Assembly: GCF_046105845.1 (NCBI RefSeq)
Contig: NZ_CP151004.1
DNA length: 64,000 nucleotides
Direction: 5' to 3' (one strand)
DNA from: Escherichia coli
GTDB taxonomy: Bacteria; Pseudomonadota; Gammaproteobacteria; Enterobacterales; Enterobacteriaceae
In this document: piece by piece, positions 1 to 14,144 of the stretch
Numbering within the stretch: position 1 is the stretch's first letter
Layout of the letters: every line of letters starts with the position of its first letter
Program-made: the position numbers and the translations under genes
Notes under the pieces: model-generated
What the model saw: the letters and a program-made list of their open reading frames with translations, nothing else
Databases searched by the model: none
What the model was told of the DNA's origin: nothing

Positions 1-156
1 GCTAAATTAGCCACCGAACTGGCCTTGCAGGGGGCAGCAGGCAATATTGATCCGCGTGCCAGCCACTGTTTTATGCCGACGTTAGTGCGTCGTCATTCTG
101 TCGCAACGCGCCAGAATGCGGCGGCGATCACTAACTCAACAAATCTGGCGATGTAA
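1..156 (+). CDS. galS: 3' end of galS (LacI-family repressor), partial
   Basis: Open frame running to TAA at 154-156 translates ...[22 protein letters not shown]; sits immediately upstream of mglB as in E. coli. Confidence 0.75.
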   Translation, partial: AKLATELALQGAAGNIDPRASHCFMPTLVRRHSVATRQNAAAITNSTNLAM

Positions 157-166
157 CCGCTTTCAA
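151..166 (+). promoter_or_regulatory. GalR/GalS operator of the mgl promoter
   Basis: ATGTAACCGCTTTCAA matches the GTGNAANCGNTTNCAC consensus at 14 of 16 positions; centred 18 bp upstream of the CRP site; overlaps the galS stop codon. Confidence 0.5.
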
Positions 167-168
167 TC

Positions 169-184
169 TGTGAGTGATTTCACA
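169..184 (+). promoter_or_regulatory. CRP binding site of the mglBAC promoter
   Basis: TGTGA-GTGATT-TCACA, both half-sites perfect; a TATGAT -10 hexamer at 206-211 is at class II spacing. Confidence 0.7.
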
Positions 185-435
185 GTATCTTAACAATGTG
201 ATAGCTATGATTGCACCGTTTTAACGTTGTAACCCGTATGTAACAGTGAATAATCACTTTCACCGAGGTAATAGCGTCATAACAACAATTAAAGCCGTTT
301 TCTGGAGCGTTACCGGGCATGGAAGAACGAATTTTAAAAAGTGAGCTTCGGCGTTCAGTAACACTTCATTAACTCTACTGCCCCGCCGAGCATTTATCTC
401 AAGCACTACCCTGCATAAGAAAAACCGGAGATACC

Positions 436-1434
436 ATGAATAAGAAGGTGTTAACCCTATCTGCTGTGATGGCCAGCATGTTATTCGGTGCCGCTGCACA
501 CGCTGCTGATACTCGCATTGGTGTAACAATCTATAAGTACGACGATAACTTTATGTCTGTAGTGCGCAAGGCTATTGAGCAAGATGCGAAAGCCGCGCCA
601 GATGTTCAGCTGCTGATGAATGATTCTCAGAATGACCAGTCCAAGCAGAACGATCAGATCGACGTATTGCTGGCGAAAGGGGTGAAGGCACTGGCAATCA
701 ACCTGGTTGACCCGGCAGCTGCGGGTACGGTGATTGAGAAAGCGCGTGGGCAAAACGTGCCGGTGGTTTTCTTCAACAAAGAACCGTCTCGTAAGGCGCT
801 GGATAGCTACGACAAAGCCTACTACGTTGGCACTGACTCCAAAGAGTCCGGCATTATTCAGGGCGATTTGATTGCTAAACACTGGGCGGCGAATCAGGGT
901 TGGGATCTGAACAAAGACGGTCAGATTCAGTTCGTACTGCTGAAAGGTGAGCCGGGCCATCCGGATGCAGAAGCACGTACCACTTACGTGATTAAAGAAT
1001 TAAACGACAAAGGCATCAAAACTGAACAGTTACAGTTAGATACCGCTATGTGGGATACCGCTCAGGCGAAAGATAAGATGGACGCCTGGCTGTCTGGCCC
1101 GAACGCCAACAAAATCGAAGTGGTTATCGCCAACAACGATGCGATGGCAATGGGCGCGGTAGAAGCACTGAAAGCACACAACAAGTCCAGCATTCCGGTG
1201 TTTGGCGTCGATGCGCTGCCAGAAGCGCTGGCGCTGGTGAAATCCGGTGCACTGGCGGGCACCGTACTGAACGATGCTAACAACCAGGCGAAAGCGACCT
1301 TTGATTTGGCGAAAAACCTGGCCGATGGCAAAGGTGCGGCTGATGGCACCAACTGGAAAATCGACAACAAAGTGGTCCGCGTACCTTATGTTGGCGTAGA
1401 TAAAGACAACCTGGCTGAATTCAGCAAGAAATAA
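436..1434 (+). CDS. mglB: Galactose/glucose ABC transporter periplasmic binding protein
   Basis: 332-aa ORF with signal peptide; recognisable MglB sequence; followed by mglA and mglC. Confidence 0.97.
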   Translation: MNKKVLTLSAVMASMLFGAAAHAADTRIGVTIYKYDDNFMSVVRKAIEQDAKAAPDVQLLMNDSQNDQSKQNDQIDVLLAKGVKALAINLVDPAAAGTVIEKARGQNVPVVFFNKEPSRKALDSYDKAYYVGTDSKESGIIQGDLIAKHWAANQGWDLNKDGQIQFVLLKGEPGHPDAEARTTYVIKELNDKGIKTEQLQLDTAMWDTAQAKDKMDAWLSGPNANKIEVVIANNDAMAMGAVEALKAHNKSSIPVFGVDALPEALALVKSGALAGTVLNDANNQAKATFDLAKNLADGKGAADGTNWKIDNKVVRVPYVGVDKDNLAEFSKK

Positions 1435-1442
1435 GACTGATT

Positions 1443-1474
1443 GGGCGCAGTCGTTTGCTGCGCCCTTATTGTAT
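1443..1474 (+). terminator. Intercistronic hairpin between mglB and mglA
   Basis: GGGCGCAG-tcgtttg-CTGCGCCC stem-loop followed by a T-rich tract. Confidence 0.4.
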
Positions 1475-1494
1475 GGCCAACAAGGTAAAATTAT

Positions 1495-3015
1495 ATGGTC
1501 AGCTCAACGACTCCGTCTTCCGGAGAATACTTGTTGGAAATGAGCGGTATCAACAAGTCTTTTCCTGGTGTTAAGGCACTTGATAACGTTAATTTAAAAG
1601 TCCGGCCACATTCTATCCATGCATTAATGGGGGAAAACGGCGCAGGAAAATCAACATTATTAAAATGCCTGTTTGGTATTTATCAAAAAGACTCCGGCAC
1701 CATTTTATTCCAGGGTAAAGAGATCGATTTCCATTCTGCCAAAGAAGCGCTGGAAAATGGTATTTCGATGGTACACCAGGAGTTAAACCTGGTATTACAA
1801 CGTTCGGTGATGGATAACATGTGGCTGGGGCGATATCCCACCAAAGGCATGTTTGTCGATCAGGACAAAATGTACCGCGAAACCAAAGCGATTTTTGATG
1901 AACTGGATATTGATATCGATCCGCGTGCGCGCGTCGGCACATTATCCGTTTCGCAAATGCAGATGATCGAAATCGCCAAAGCGTTTTCCTATAACGCGAA
2001 AATTGTGATTATGGATGAACCGACTTCTTCGTTAACCGAAAAAGAAGTTAATCATCTGTTTACTATTATTCGTAAATTAAAAGAGCGCGGCTGTGGTATT
2101 GTTTATATCTCACATAAAATGGAAGAAATCTTCCAGTTATGTGATGAAGTTACCGTATTGCGCGACGGTCAGTGGATCGCCACTGAACCGCTGGCAGGAC
2201 TGACGATGGACAAGATCATCGCCATGATGGTTGGGCGTTCTCTTAACCAACGTTTCCCTGACAAAGAAAACAAGCCGGGCGAAGTGATTCTTGAAGTGCG
2301 TAACCTGACGTCGCTGCGCCAGCCGTCGATTCGCGATGTCTCGTTTGATCTGCATAAAGGGGAGATCCTCGGTATTGCCGGTCTGGTGGGGGCGAAACGT
2401 ACCGATATTGTTGAGACGTTATTTGGTATTCGCGAGAAATCGGCTGGCACTATTACGTTGCACGGCAAAAAGATCAATAACCATAATGCCAACGAAGCCA
2501 TAAACCACGGATTTGCACTGGTAACTGAGGAGCGCCGCTCAACGGGAATTTATGCCTATCTGGATATCGGTTTTAACTCGTTAATTTCCAATATCCGCAA
2601 CTATAAAAACAAAGTTGGCTTGCTGGATAACTCGCGGATGAAAAGCGATACCCAGTGGGTGATTGACTCGATGCGGGTAAAAACACCGGGTCATCGGACG
2701 CAAATTGGTTCGCTCTCCGGTGGTAATCAGCAAAAGGTGATTATTGGTCGCTGGCTACTAACGCAACCAGAAATATTAATGCTCGATGAACCGACGCGCG
2801 GTATTGATGTCGGGGCGAAGTTTGAGATCTATCAGTTAATTGCCGAACTGGCGAAGAAAGGCAAGGGGATTATTATTATCTCCTCTGAAATGCCTGAGTT
2901 GTTAGGGATAACAGACCGTATTCTGGTTATGAGCAATGGTCTCGTTTCCGGAATTGTCGATACAAAAACAACAACGCAAAACGAAATTCTGCGTCTTGCG
3001 TCTTTGCACCTTTAA
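1495..3015 (+). CDS. mglA: Galactose ABC transporter ATP-binding protein (tandem ABC domains)
   Basis: 506-aa ORF with two Walker A motifs (GENGAGKST and a second ABC domain). Confidence 0.97.
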   Translation: MVSSTTPSSGEYLLEMSGINKSFPGVKALDNVNLKVRPHSIHALMGENGAGKSTLLKCLFGIYQKDSGTILFQGKEIDFHSAKEALENGISMVHQELNLVLQRSVMDNMWLGRYPTKGMFVDQDKMYRETKAIFDELDIDIDPRARVGTLSVSQMQMIEIAKAFSYNAKIVIMDEPTSSLTEKEVNHLFTIIRKLKERGCGIVYISHKMEEIFQLCDEVTVLRDGQWIATEPLAGLTMDKIIAMMVGRSLNQRFPDKENKPGEVILEVRNLTSLRQPSIRDVSFDLHKGEILGIAGLVGAKRTDIVETLFGIREKSAGTITLHGKKINNHNANEAINHGFALVTEERRSTGIYAYLDIGFNSLISNIRNYKNKVGLLDNSRMKSDTQWVIDSMRVKTPGHRTQIGSLSGGNQQKVIIGRWLLTQPEILMLDEPTRGIDVGAKFEIYQLIAELAKKGKGIIIISSEMPELLGITDRILVMSNGLVSGIVDTKTTTQNEILRLASLHL

Positions 3016-3030
3016 GATTAGGGGCTTCCC

Positions 3031-4041
3031 ATGAGTGCGTTAAATAAGAAAAGTTTTCTTACTTACCTGAAAGAGGGCGGTATTTACGTCGTTCTTTTAG
3101 TTTTGCTGGCAATTATTATTTTCCAGGACCCAACATTTTTAAGTCTGTTGAACTTAAGTAATATTCTCACCCAGTCATCGGTGCGTATTATTATCGCGCT
3201 CGGTGTGGCAGGGTTAATTGTCACCCAGGGGACCGACCTTTCTGCAGGTCGCCAGGTGGGGCTGGCGGCAGTAGTAGCGGCGACGTTATTGCAGTCCATG
3301 GATAACGCCAACAAAGTGTTCCCGGAAATGGCGACGATGCCGATTGCGCTGGTTATTCTGATTGTCTGTGCCATTGGTGCGGTGATCGGTTTGATCAACG
3401 GCCTGATTATCGCTTATCTCAACGTGACGCCGTTCATTACCACGCTCGGCACGATGATCATCGTCTATGGCATCAACTCGCTCTATTACGACTTTGTCGG
3501 GGCGTCGCCAATTTCTGGTTTTGACAGTGGCTTCTCTACCTTTGCTCAGGGCTTTGTCGCGCTGGGGAGTTTCCGTCTCTCTTACATCACCTTCTACGCG
3601 CTGATTGCGGTGGCGTTCGTCTGGGTGTTGTGGAACAAAACCCGCTTCGGCAAGAACATTTTTGCTATCGGCGGTAACCCGGAAGCGGCGAAAGTTTCTG
3701 GTGTCAACGTCGGCCTGAACCTGCTGATGATCTACGCGTTGTCTGGTGTGTTCTATGCCTTCGGCGGGATGTTAGAAGCCGGACGTATCGGCTCTGCCAC
3801 CAACAACCTCGGCTTTATGTATGAGTTGGATGCTATCGCGGCGTGCGTGGTGGGCGGCGTATCGTTCAGCGGCGGTGTGGGGACGGTGATTGGTGTGGTG
3901 ACCGGGGTGATTATTTTTACCGTCATCAACTATGGCCTGACGTACATCGGCGTAAACCCATACTGGCAGTACATCATCAAAGGGGCGATTATTATCTTCG
4001 CCGTGGCGTTGGATTCACTGAAATACGCGCGTAAGAAGTGA
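3031..4041 (+). CDS. mglC: Galactose ABC transporter permease
   Basis: 336-aa polytopic membrane ORF directly after mglA. Confidence 0.96.
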   Translation: MSALNKKSFLTYLKEGGIYVVLLVLLAIIIFQDPTFLSLLNLSNILTQSSVRIIIALGVAGLIVTQGTDLSAGRQVGLAAVVAATLLQSMDNANKVFPEMATMPIALVILIVCAIGAVIGLINGLIIAYLNVTPFITTLGTMIIVYGINSLYYDFVGASPISGFDSGFSTFAQGFVALGSFRLSYITFYALIAVAFVWVLWNKTRFGKNIFAIGGNPEAAKVSGVNVGLNLLMIYALSGVFYAFGGMLEAGRIGSATNNLGFMYELDAIAACVVGGVSFSGGVGTVIGVVTGVIIFTVINYGLTYIGVNPYWQYIIKGAIIIFAVALDSLKYARKK

Positions 4042-4057
4042 TGTGATTGTGGGTATT

Positions 4058-4106
4058 GCCGGATGCGTCGCATCCGGCAATCGGTGCCAAATGCCGGATG
4101 CGTCGC
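4058..4106. repeat. REP/BIME palindromic units between convergent mglC and preA
   Basis: GCCGGATGCGTCGCATCCGGC perfect palindrome at 4058-4078 and a second partial copy at 4093-4106. Confidence 0.7.
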
Positions 4107-4111
4107 TGGTT

Positions 4112-5347
4112 TTACAACGTTACCGGGTGTTCTTTCTCTCCCTTCTTAAACTTCACTTCTCCGAGATCAATACAACCCACCGGGCAGACGTGACCACAAA
4201 GCAGGCAACCAACACATTTCTCGGTATTACAATGCGGTGTACGGGTTTTCTCGCTCCATTCCATCGCCTGGTGACCGCCGTCGTAACAGGAAATATAACA
4301 GCGTCCACAGCCAACACATTTATCAAGATTGATATGGGGATAGACAATATAACTGCGGTCTAAATCTTCCGCGGGAACAATATTGTGATTCGCCAGACCT
4401 ACCATTTCCTGCAACGAATCAAACCCCTGATCGGCAAGATAATGTGACAACCCGCTCGCCATATCTTCCACTATCCGATACCCGTACTGCATAATGCCGG
4501 TGGTCACCTGCAACGTCGCTGCACCGAGCAATAAAAACTCTGCCGCATCTTCCCAGGTTTCAATACCGCCGATACCGCTGATCGGGAAATCGCGCAGCTC
4601 TGGATGGGTGCGCATTTGCTGAATAAAGCGCAGGGCGATCGGTTTTACCGCTTTACCGGAATATCCGGAAATACTCGATTTACCGTTAACGATCGGCATA
4701 CCGATTTTCTGATTAAGATCGATATTGGTGATGGATTTAACGGTGTTAATCGCCGCAATGCCATCTGCGCCGCCGCGCTTCGCCGCCAGCGCCACTTCGC
4801 ACATATCACCGATATTCGGCGTCATCTTCGCCAGCATTGGCAGCGTGGAACCACGTTTTACTGCCCGACAATATTTTTCTACCAGCTCCGGGCTTTGCCC
4901 GACATCGCTACCCATCGCATGAGAAGTCATTTGCGGACAGGAGAAGTTACACTCGATCATATCCGCGCCAGCTTCTTGCACCAGACGCGCCAGCTCTTCC
5001 CATTGCTGCTCATTTTCGCCCATGATTGAAGCGATCAATACTTTGTCCGGGTAATCTTCTTTCAGCCGACGCAGGGCGGCCAGATTATCTTCCAACGGAT
5101 GTTCAGCAATCTGCTCCATATTTTTGAAGCCGATAAAACCGGTATCTTCTTTCACCAGATGATCAAAACGCGGTGAGACTTCGTTGGCGATAAAAAAGCC
5201 GATCGTTTTAAACACCACGCCGCCCCAGCCAGTGTCGTAGGCTTTGGCACACATCTCATAGCAGTTGCCTACCGGCGAAGAAGAGAGGCAGAACGGGTTG
5301 GGAAACTTCACGCCGCAAAAAGTAATCGAAAGATCTTTCGTTAACAT
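4112..5347 (-). CDS. preA: NAD-dependent dihydropyrimidine dehydrogenase subunit PreA (Fe-S, DHODH-like)
   Basis: ORF with C-terminal 4Fe-4S ferredoxin cysteine clusters; start chosen at [10 protein letters not shown] to give 411 aa; overlaps preT stop. Confidence 0.92.
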   Translation of the reverse strand: MLTKDLSITFCGVKFPNPFCLSSSPVGNCYEMCAKAYDTGWGGVVFKTIGFFIANEVSPRFDHLVKEDTGFIGFKNMEQIAEHPLEDNLAALRRLKEDYPDKVLIASIMGENEQQWEELARLVQEAGADMIECNFSCPQMTSHAMGSDVGQSPELVEKYCRAVKRGSTLPMLAKMTPNIGDMCEVALAAKRGGADGIAAINTVKSITNIDLNQKIGMPIVNGKSSISGYSGKAVKPIALRFIQQMRTHPELRDFPISGIGGIETWEDAAEFLLLGAATLQVTTGIMQYGYRIVEDMASGLSHYLADQGFDSLQEMVGLANHNIVPAEDLDRSYIVYPHINLDKCVGCGRCYISCYDGGHQAMEWSEKTRTPHCNTEKCVGCLLCGHVCPVGCIDLGEVKFKKGEKEHPVTL

Positions 5348-6579
5348 GAGCAAGCTCCCTCTAAATAATGATGAATCGCCTCGGCGGCTTCTTTCCCGGT
5401 TTTCACGGCATAGACCACGGTTTTGTCACCCTCAACAATATCGCCAGCAGCAAAGACTTGCGGGTCGCGGGTCTGGTAATTTTGTGTATTGATGGTGTTA
5501 CGCTGCGGCTCTAACTCCGCAAAGGCATCCAGTCTGGCATGCTGACCGACGGCGAGAATAATTTTATCTGCCGCCATCGTCAGTTCGCCCGGTAACCGTA
5601 CATGCTTAAACGTGACTTTATTGCCTTCCACGGCTACTGGCGTGAATCCATCAATGATCGAAACGCCCAGCTCCCGGGCGCTGGCAAACTCTTTTTCGCT
5701 TGCCGGAAACTCATCTAACTCTTCACGCGCTACGCAAGTTACTGCCTGACAGCCGAGAACTTTCAGCGTGCTGGCTACGTCCATCGCGACATCACCGCCG
5801 CCGATAATTAATGCGCTTTGTGGAATGCTGATATCGCCTTGCGCCTGTCGTGCACGTTGCAAGAAGTCGACGGCAATCTCAACGTCGCTATGCTCAAACA
5901 GTGGTAGCCCCGAACCGCTCGATAACCCCACGGTGACCAGTACCGCGCGGTTTTCCGCTTTCAGCTGCTCCAGGGTGAGTGTTTTACCGATTTCGTTATT
6001 GCACTTAATGGTCACGCCCATTTTTTCAATACGGGCGATTTCTGCATCCAGTACTGATTGCGGTAACCGGAATTGCGGAATGCCGTTACGCAACCAGCCA
6101 CCGGCTTGTGCTTCTTTCTCATAGATCGTGACGTCATAACCCTGGTTTGTCAGTGTCACACTGGCCTGCAATCCGGCAGGACCCGCGCCAATAATGGCGA
6201 CTTTGCCGAGCGTTTTAGTACCGGGTTGATAAATTTCCATCCCAGTTTGTTGTTCAAAATCAGTAACAAAACGCTGTAAGCGACCGATATCAATGGGAGT
6301 ATCAACACCGGCACGGGTACAACCGCTTTGGCATAATTTCTCCGTCGGGCACACTCTGGCACAAACGGCACCGAGGGCATTATTTTCACGAATTGTCTCG
6401 GCAGCGCCTTTAAAATTACGAAAGTAGATTGAGCGAATAAATTTCCCCGGATCGGTCTGTGCCGGGCAAGCCTGACTACAGGGAGCGTCATGACATAATA
6501 AGCAGCGAGAGGCTTCTTTAATCGCCAGTAAAGGCGTAAAAGCCGGAGTGAGTTCATCCAGATAATTTTGTTGCGGCAT
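5341..6579 (-). CDS. preT: Dihydropyrimidine dehydrogenase subunit PreT (FAD/NAD-binding)
   Basis: 412-aa ORF with GAGPAG dinucleotide-binding motif and N-terminal Fe-S cysteines; upstream partner of preA. Confidence 0.92.
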   Translation of the reverse strand: MPQQNYLDELTPAFTPLLAIKEASRCLLCHDAPCSQACPAQTDPGKFIRSIYFRNFKGAAETIRENNALGAVCARVCPTEKLCQSGCTRAGVDTPIDIGRLQRFVTDFEQQTGMEIYQPGTKTLGKVAIIGAGPAGLQASVTLTNQGYDVTIYEKEAQAGGWLRNGIPQFRLPQSVLDAEIARIEKMGVTIKCNNEIGKTLTLEQLKAENRAVLVTVGLSSGSGLPLFEHSDVEIAVDFLQRARQAQGDISIPQSALIIGGGDVAMDVASTLKVLGCQAVTCVAREELDEFPASEKEFASARELGVSIIDGFTPVAVEGNKVTFKHVRLPGELTMAADKIILAVGQHARLDAFAELEPQRNTINTQNYQTRDPQVFAAGDIVEGDKTVVYAVKTGKEAAEAIHHYLEGACSC

Positions 6580-6772
6580 GTGATCTTCCTTAATGCTATG
6601 AGTAATTAAGGCGAACGCTAAATAAATATTGCGTGCTGATATTAAGGCTATGCGCGTGGGGAAATTTAAACTGTGAAAGGATTCACAAATAGCTGCGGTT
6701 CAGAATGTTATATCCGCAGCTTATTGAGTGAAGTAATAATTATTCTCAATAATTAACAGAAAAGAGAAAATA

Positions 6773-8768
<1,996 letters not shown>

Positions 8769-8827
8769 GGCGTTGCCTCATAATCATGTAATGGGATAAC
8801 AGTTTACGAACCCGTTATGGCTTTATA

Positions 8828-8843
8828 TGTGATCTGAATCTCA
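8828..8843 (-). promoter_or_regulatory. CRP site in the cdd promoter (CRP/CytR region)
   Basis: TGAGATTCAGATCACA on the coding strand about 60 nt upstream of the cdd ATG; a weaker CRP-like site lies near 8855-8872. Confidence 0.45.
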
Positions 8844-8897
8844 TTAATTATGCAACGCGTGAAACTTACATCAAAAATGCGCGACGCATCGCAAATT

Positions 8898-10024
<1,127 letters not shown>

Positions 10025-10226
10025 TTAATTCGTAAAACGTGCTACCGATCACATTAAGAAATCAGCGCTTATTTTTTCGCTCCCGGGCATTACGCAATGA
10101 GCAGCGAACTCAGGCATACATCAAGCATAGAGAGGGATTGCAGTTTGCAGCAATCCCTCTTTGCAGACCTTTAATCCGCTGACCATAGGCGCTAACATAG
10201 CGCCTCATTTTTTTGCGGGTGATGAT

Positions 10227-11174
10227 ATGCGTGTGTTACTGGCTCCGATGGAGGGTGTACTCGACTCTCTGGTGCGTGAATTGCTGACCGAAGTTAACGA
10301 CTACGATCTGTGCATCACCGAGTTTGTCCGCGTGGTGGATCAACTGCTGCCGGTAAAAGTCTTTCATCGCATTTGCCCTGAACTACAAAACGCCAGCCGG
10401 ACACCATCCGGTACGCTGGTGCGCGTGCAGTTGTTAGGCCAGTTCCCACAATGGCTGGCAGAGAACGCCGCCCGTGCAGTTGAGTTAGGTTCCTGGGGCG
10501 TGGATCTCAATTGCGGCTGCCCGTCGAAAACGGTTAACGGTAGCGGCGGTGGGGCGACGTTACTCAAAGATCCTGAACTCATCTATCAGGGTGCAAAAGC
10601 GATGCGCGAAGCTGTACCGGCGCATTTGCCCGTCAGCGTAAAAGTGCGTCTGGGCTGGGACAGCGGTGAGAAGAAATTTGAAATCGCCGATGCGGTGCAA
10701 CAGGCTGGTGCTACAGAGCTGGTGGTGCATGGGCGGACGAAAGAGCAGGGTTACCGCGCGGAGCATATTGACTGGCAGGCGATTGGCGAGATTCGCCAGC
10801 GGCTGAATATTCCGGTGATTGCCAACGGTGAAATCTGGGACTGGCAGAGTGCGCAACAATGCATGACGATCAGCGGATGCGACGCAGTGATGATTGGTCG
10901 CGGGGCGCTCAATATTCCCAACCTGAGCCGGGTGGTAAAATATAACGAACCGCGAATGCCGTGGCCGGAGGTGGTTGCTTTGCTGCAAAAATATACTCGT
11001 CTGGAAAAGCAGGGCGATACCGGGTTATATCACGTAGCGCGGATTAAACAGTGGTTGAGTTATTTGCGTAAAGAATACGATGAAGCAACGGAATTATTTC
11101 AGCATGTTCGGGTGTTGAATAATTCCCATGATATTGCAAGGGCTATTCAGGCAATTGATATCGAGAAACTCTAA
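10227..11174 (+). CDS. dusC: tRNA-dihydrouridine(16) synthase DusC
   Basis: Start chosen at [11 protein letters not shown] to give 315 aa; Dus-family TIM-barrel sequence. Confidence 0.93.
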   Translation: MRVLLAPMEGVLDSLVRELLTEVNDYDLCITEFVRVVDQLLPVKVFHRICPELQNASRTPSGTLVRVQLLGQFPQWLAENAARAVELGSWGVDLNCGCPSKTVNGSGGGATLLKDPELIYQGAKAMREAVPAHLPVSVKVRLGWDSGEKKFEIADAVQQAGATELVVHGRTKEQGYRAEHIDWQAIGEIRQRLNIPVIANGEIWDWQSAQQCMTISGCDAVMIGRGALNIPNLSRVVKYNEPRMPWPEVVALLQKYTRLEKQGDTGLYHVARIKQWLSYLRKEYDEATELFQHVRVLNNSHDIARAIQAIDIEKL

Positions 11175-11220
11175 GAAACCATAGTGATGTTTTTTGACAA
11201 TGTGTTAGCTCTTTATCAAT

Positions 11221-11452
11221 AGGCCGCACGGTTGTTTGGTGGCGTCAAAATCGCCGAGGCGTTCCCTGAAGGCCGGGGCAGCCCACATGGATGTGGGCTG
11301 AGGGCGCGTTTTACAGGGATGTTACCTCGCGCCCGACCCGGTAGCCGTAAGGGATAAGCCGAGGGCACCGCGCAGCGGCGATTTTGTTCGCCAGAGCCCG
11401 GGGGTGCAGGGGGCGGCGGCGATTGGCCGCCCCCTGCGCGCTCCTTGCGCCA
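11221..11452. repeat. GC-rich hairpin-dense intergenic element of unknown identity
   Basis: About 230 bp with perfect stems (CAGCCCACAT/ATGTGGGCTG at 11279-11300; GCAGGGGGCGGC/GCCGCCCCCTGC at 11406-11437) and a long-range inverted repeat (11243-11258 vs 11377-11393). Confidence 0.4.
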
Positions 11453-11546
11453 GTGATTATATGAAGCAATGCACATGACAGGAGCGCAACAGGATGAGAG
11501 ACTGAAATATTCTCGTTATTTTCGGATCTGATGACATTAATTAATT

Positions 11547-11630
11547 TTAAAATATCATCTTAAATACGCCAGTCACCACCAGTAGCCCAATCAGGAAAAT
11601 AATCAATACAGCCCAGAGTATAATTTTCAT
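11547..11630 (-). CDS. yohP: Small membrane protein YohP (27 aa)
   Basis: Hand translation gives MKIILWAVLIIFLIGLLVVTGVFKMIF*, a single-transmembrane small protein; not in the ORF track because of its size. Confidence 0.7.
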   Translation of the reverse strand: MKIILWAVLIIFLIGLLVVTGVFKMIF

Positions 11631-11853
11631 TGGCGTTCCTTTATTTGTGAGTGCTGAATAAGTATAGGAAAAAACGAAGCCCTTTGCCGCTATCCATAAA
11701 CTATTAAGATAAATCGGAAGATATCATTCACTTAGTGTATATTTTTCTGGATATGTCGTTTTATTGCCACTGATGTATTGCCACGCGAAACTAAAAAATA
11801 TATCGCAACACACGGTAATCTCCGCGCACCTTTTCTTACCTGATTATTCCCCC

Positions 11854-13290
11854 ATGAATCGTGATTCTTTTTATCCCGCCATCGCCTGTTTTCCGCTGTT
11901 ACTGATGCTGGCCGGGTGTGCGCCTATGCATGAAACCCGCCAGGCGTTAAGCCAGCACACGCCCGCTTCACAAGTTGACACCGCATTACCCACGGCGCTG
12001 AAAAATGGTTGGCCAGACAGCCAATGGTGGCTGGAGTATCACGATAATCAACTCACTTCCTTAATTAATAACGCACTACAGAACGCACCGGATATGCAGG
12101 TGGCTGAACAACGCATTCAACTGGCTGAAGCCCAGGCGAAGGCAGTTGCCACTCAGGATGGTCCGCAGCTCGACTTTTCTGCGGATATGGAGCGACAAAA
12201 AATGTCGGCAGAAGGCTTAATGGGGCCGTTTGCTCTGAACGATCCGGCCGCAGGTACGACCGGTCCGTGGTACACCAACGGTACTTTTGGCTTAACGGCG
12301 GGCTGGCATCTCGATATCTGGGGAAAGAATAGGGCGGAGGTAACTGCTCGCCTGGGAACGGTTAAAGCACGGGCGGCGGAACGCGAGCAAACCCGCCAAT
12401 TGCTGGCTGGCAGCGTAGCCCGCCTGTACTGGGAGTGGCAAACCCAGGCGGCGTTAAACACTGTCTTACAGCAAATCGAAAAAGAGCAGAACACCATTAT
12501 CGCCACCGATCGCCAGCTATATCAGAACGGGATTACTTCTTCAGTTGAAGGTGTGGAAACCGATATTAATGCCAGCAAAACCCGGCAGCAGCTCGACGAT
12601 GTCGCGGGGAAAATGAAAATTATTGAGGCACGGTTAAGCGCACTTACAAATCACCAGACAAAGGCATTGAAGCTTAATCCGGTCGCGTTGCCGAAAGTGG
12701 CAAGCCAGCTTCCTGATGAACTGGGGTACTCCTTACTGGCGCGGCGGGCAGATTTGCAGGCGGCGCACTGGTACGTTGAGTCATCGTTAAGCACTATTGA
12801 TGCGGCAAAAGCGGCATTTTATCCTGACATCAACCTGATGGCCTTCCTGCAACAGGATGCGTTGCACTTAAGCGATCTGTTCCGTCATTCCGCGCAGCAA
12901 ATGGGCGTTACGGCAGGCCTGACGCTACCCATTTTCGATAGTGGTCGTCTTAACGCCAACCTCGATATCGCAAAAGCCGAAAGCAACTTGTCTATCGCCA
13001 GCTACAACAAAGCGGTGGTTGAAGCGGTGAATGACGTGGCGCAGGCAGCCAGTCAGGTTCAGACACTGGCGGAGAAAAACCAGCATCAGGCGCAAATTGA
13101 GCGCGATGCCTTGCGTGTAGTAGGTCTTGCGCAGGCGCGCTTTAACGCGGGCATCATTGCGGGTTCCCGCGTCAGCGAAGCCAGAATCCCCGCGCTGCGT
13201 GAGCGGGCCAATGGCCTGTTATTGCAAGGGCAGTGGCTGGATGCCTCCATTCAACTCACTGGTGCGTTGGGCGGGGGTTACAAACGTTGA
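11854..13290 (+). CDS. mdtQ: Outer-membrane efflux lipoprotein MdtQ (OprM/NodT family), apparently intact
   Basis: Start chosen at MNRDSFYPAIACFPLLLMLAGC (lipobox) to give 478 aa; continuous frame. Confidence 0.88.
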   Translation: MNRDSFYPAIACFPLLLMLAGCAPMHETRQALSQHTPASQVDTALPTALKNGWPDSQWWLEYHDNQLTSLINNALQNAPDMQVAEQRIQLAEAQAKAVATQDGPQLDFSADMERQKMSAEGLMGPFALNDPAAGTTGPWYTNGTFGLTAGWHLDIWGKNRAEVTARLGTVKARAAEREQTRQLLAGSVARLYWEWQTQAALNTVLQQIEKEQNTIIATDRQLYQNGITSSVEGVETDINASKTRQQLDDVAGKMKIIEARLSALTNHQTKALKLNPVALPKVASQLPDELGYSLLARRADLQAAHWYVESSLSTIDAAKAAFYPDINLMAFLQQDALHLSDLFRHSAQQMGVTAGLTLPIFDSGRLNANLDIAKAESNLSIASYNKAVVEAVNDVAQAASQVQTLAEKNQHQAQIERDALRVVGLAQARFNAGIIAGSRVSEARIPALRERANGLLLQGQWLDASIQLTGALGGGYKR

Positions 13291-13342
13291 TGATATGCGC
13301 CTTCTATACTTAACGTTTATTCAGCGTTAAGTGGAGAACTCG

Positions 13343-14104
13343 ATGGCACAGGTCGCGATTATTACCGCCTCCGATTCGGGGATCGGCAAAGAGTGCGCGT
13401 TATTACTGGCGCAGCAGGGGTTTGATATTGGTATTACCTGGCACTCTGATGAAGAAGGGGCAAAAGATACCGCGCGTGAGGTGGTTAGCCACGGCGTACG
13501 TGCGGAGATCGTGCAGCTGGATCTCGGCAATCTACCAGAAGGGGCACTGGCGCTGGAGAAACTCATTCAACGGCTGGGGCGTATTGATGTGCTGGTGAAT
13601 AATGCGGGCGCAATGACCAAAGCGCCGTTTCTTGATATGGCTTTCGATGAGTGGCGCAAGATTTTTACCGTTGATGTCGATGGTGCATTTTTATGCTCGC
13701 AAATTGCTGCCCGCCAGATGGTGAAACAAGGGCAGGGTGGTCGCATCATCAACATTACGTCGGTGCATGAACATACGCCGTTGCCGGATGCCAGCGCCTA
13801 CACAGCCGCTAAACATGCGCTCGGCGGGTTAACCAAAGCGATGGCGCTGGAGCTGGTCAGGCATAAGATTTTGGTGAATGCGGTTGCACCTGGGGCGATC
13901 GCCACGCCAATGAACGGCATGGATGATGGCGACGTGAAGCCCGGCGCGGAGCCTTCGATTCCCTTGCGGCGTTTTGGCGCAACGCATGAGATTGCCAGCC
14001 TGGTGATGTGGCTTTGTTCGGAGGGCGCAAATTACACCACTGGGCAGTCGTTGATAGTGGATGGCGGCTTTATGTTGGCGAATCCGCAGTTCAACCCAGA
14101 ATAG
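13343..14104 (+). CDS. yohF: Short-chain dehydrogenase/reductase YohF
   Basis: Start at MAQVAIITASDSGIGK gives 253 aa; SDR glycine-rich motif and YxxxK. Confidence 0.9.
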   Translation: MAQVAIITASDSGIGKECALLLAQQGFDIGITWHSDEEGAKDTAREVVSHGVRAEIVQLDLGNLPEGALALEKLIQRLGRIDVLVNNAGAMTKAPFLDMAFDEWRKIFTVDVDGAFLCSQIAARQMVKQGQGGRIINITSVHEHTPLPDASAYTAAKHALGGLTKAMALELVRHKILVNAVAPGAIATPMNGMDDGDVKPGAEPSIPLRRFGATHEIASLVMWLCSEGANYTTGQSLIVDGGFMLANPQFNPE

Positions 14105-14144
14105 CGCAGTGAGGTGCGTGGTTATTTCATTGGGTAATATTTGG

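Noticed and set aside
4043-4363. 106-codon plus-strand ORF
   Set aside because: Begins in the REP cluster and runs antisense through the 3' end of preA; it is the mirror of the preA cysteine-rich region.
11216-11476. 86-codon minus-strand ORF (MCIASYNHWRKERAGGGQSPPPPAPPGSGE...)
   Set aside because: Pro/Gly/Arg-rich low-complexity translation of the GC-rich hairpin element; no ribosome-binding site; almost certainly a non-coding artefact.
11547-11630. Apparent frameshift in yohP
   Set aside because: It came from my own misreading of a line boundary. On re-reading, the gene is an intact 27-codon frame.
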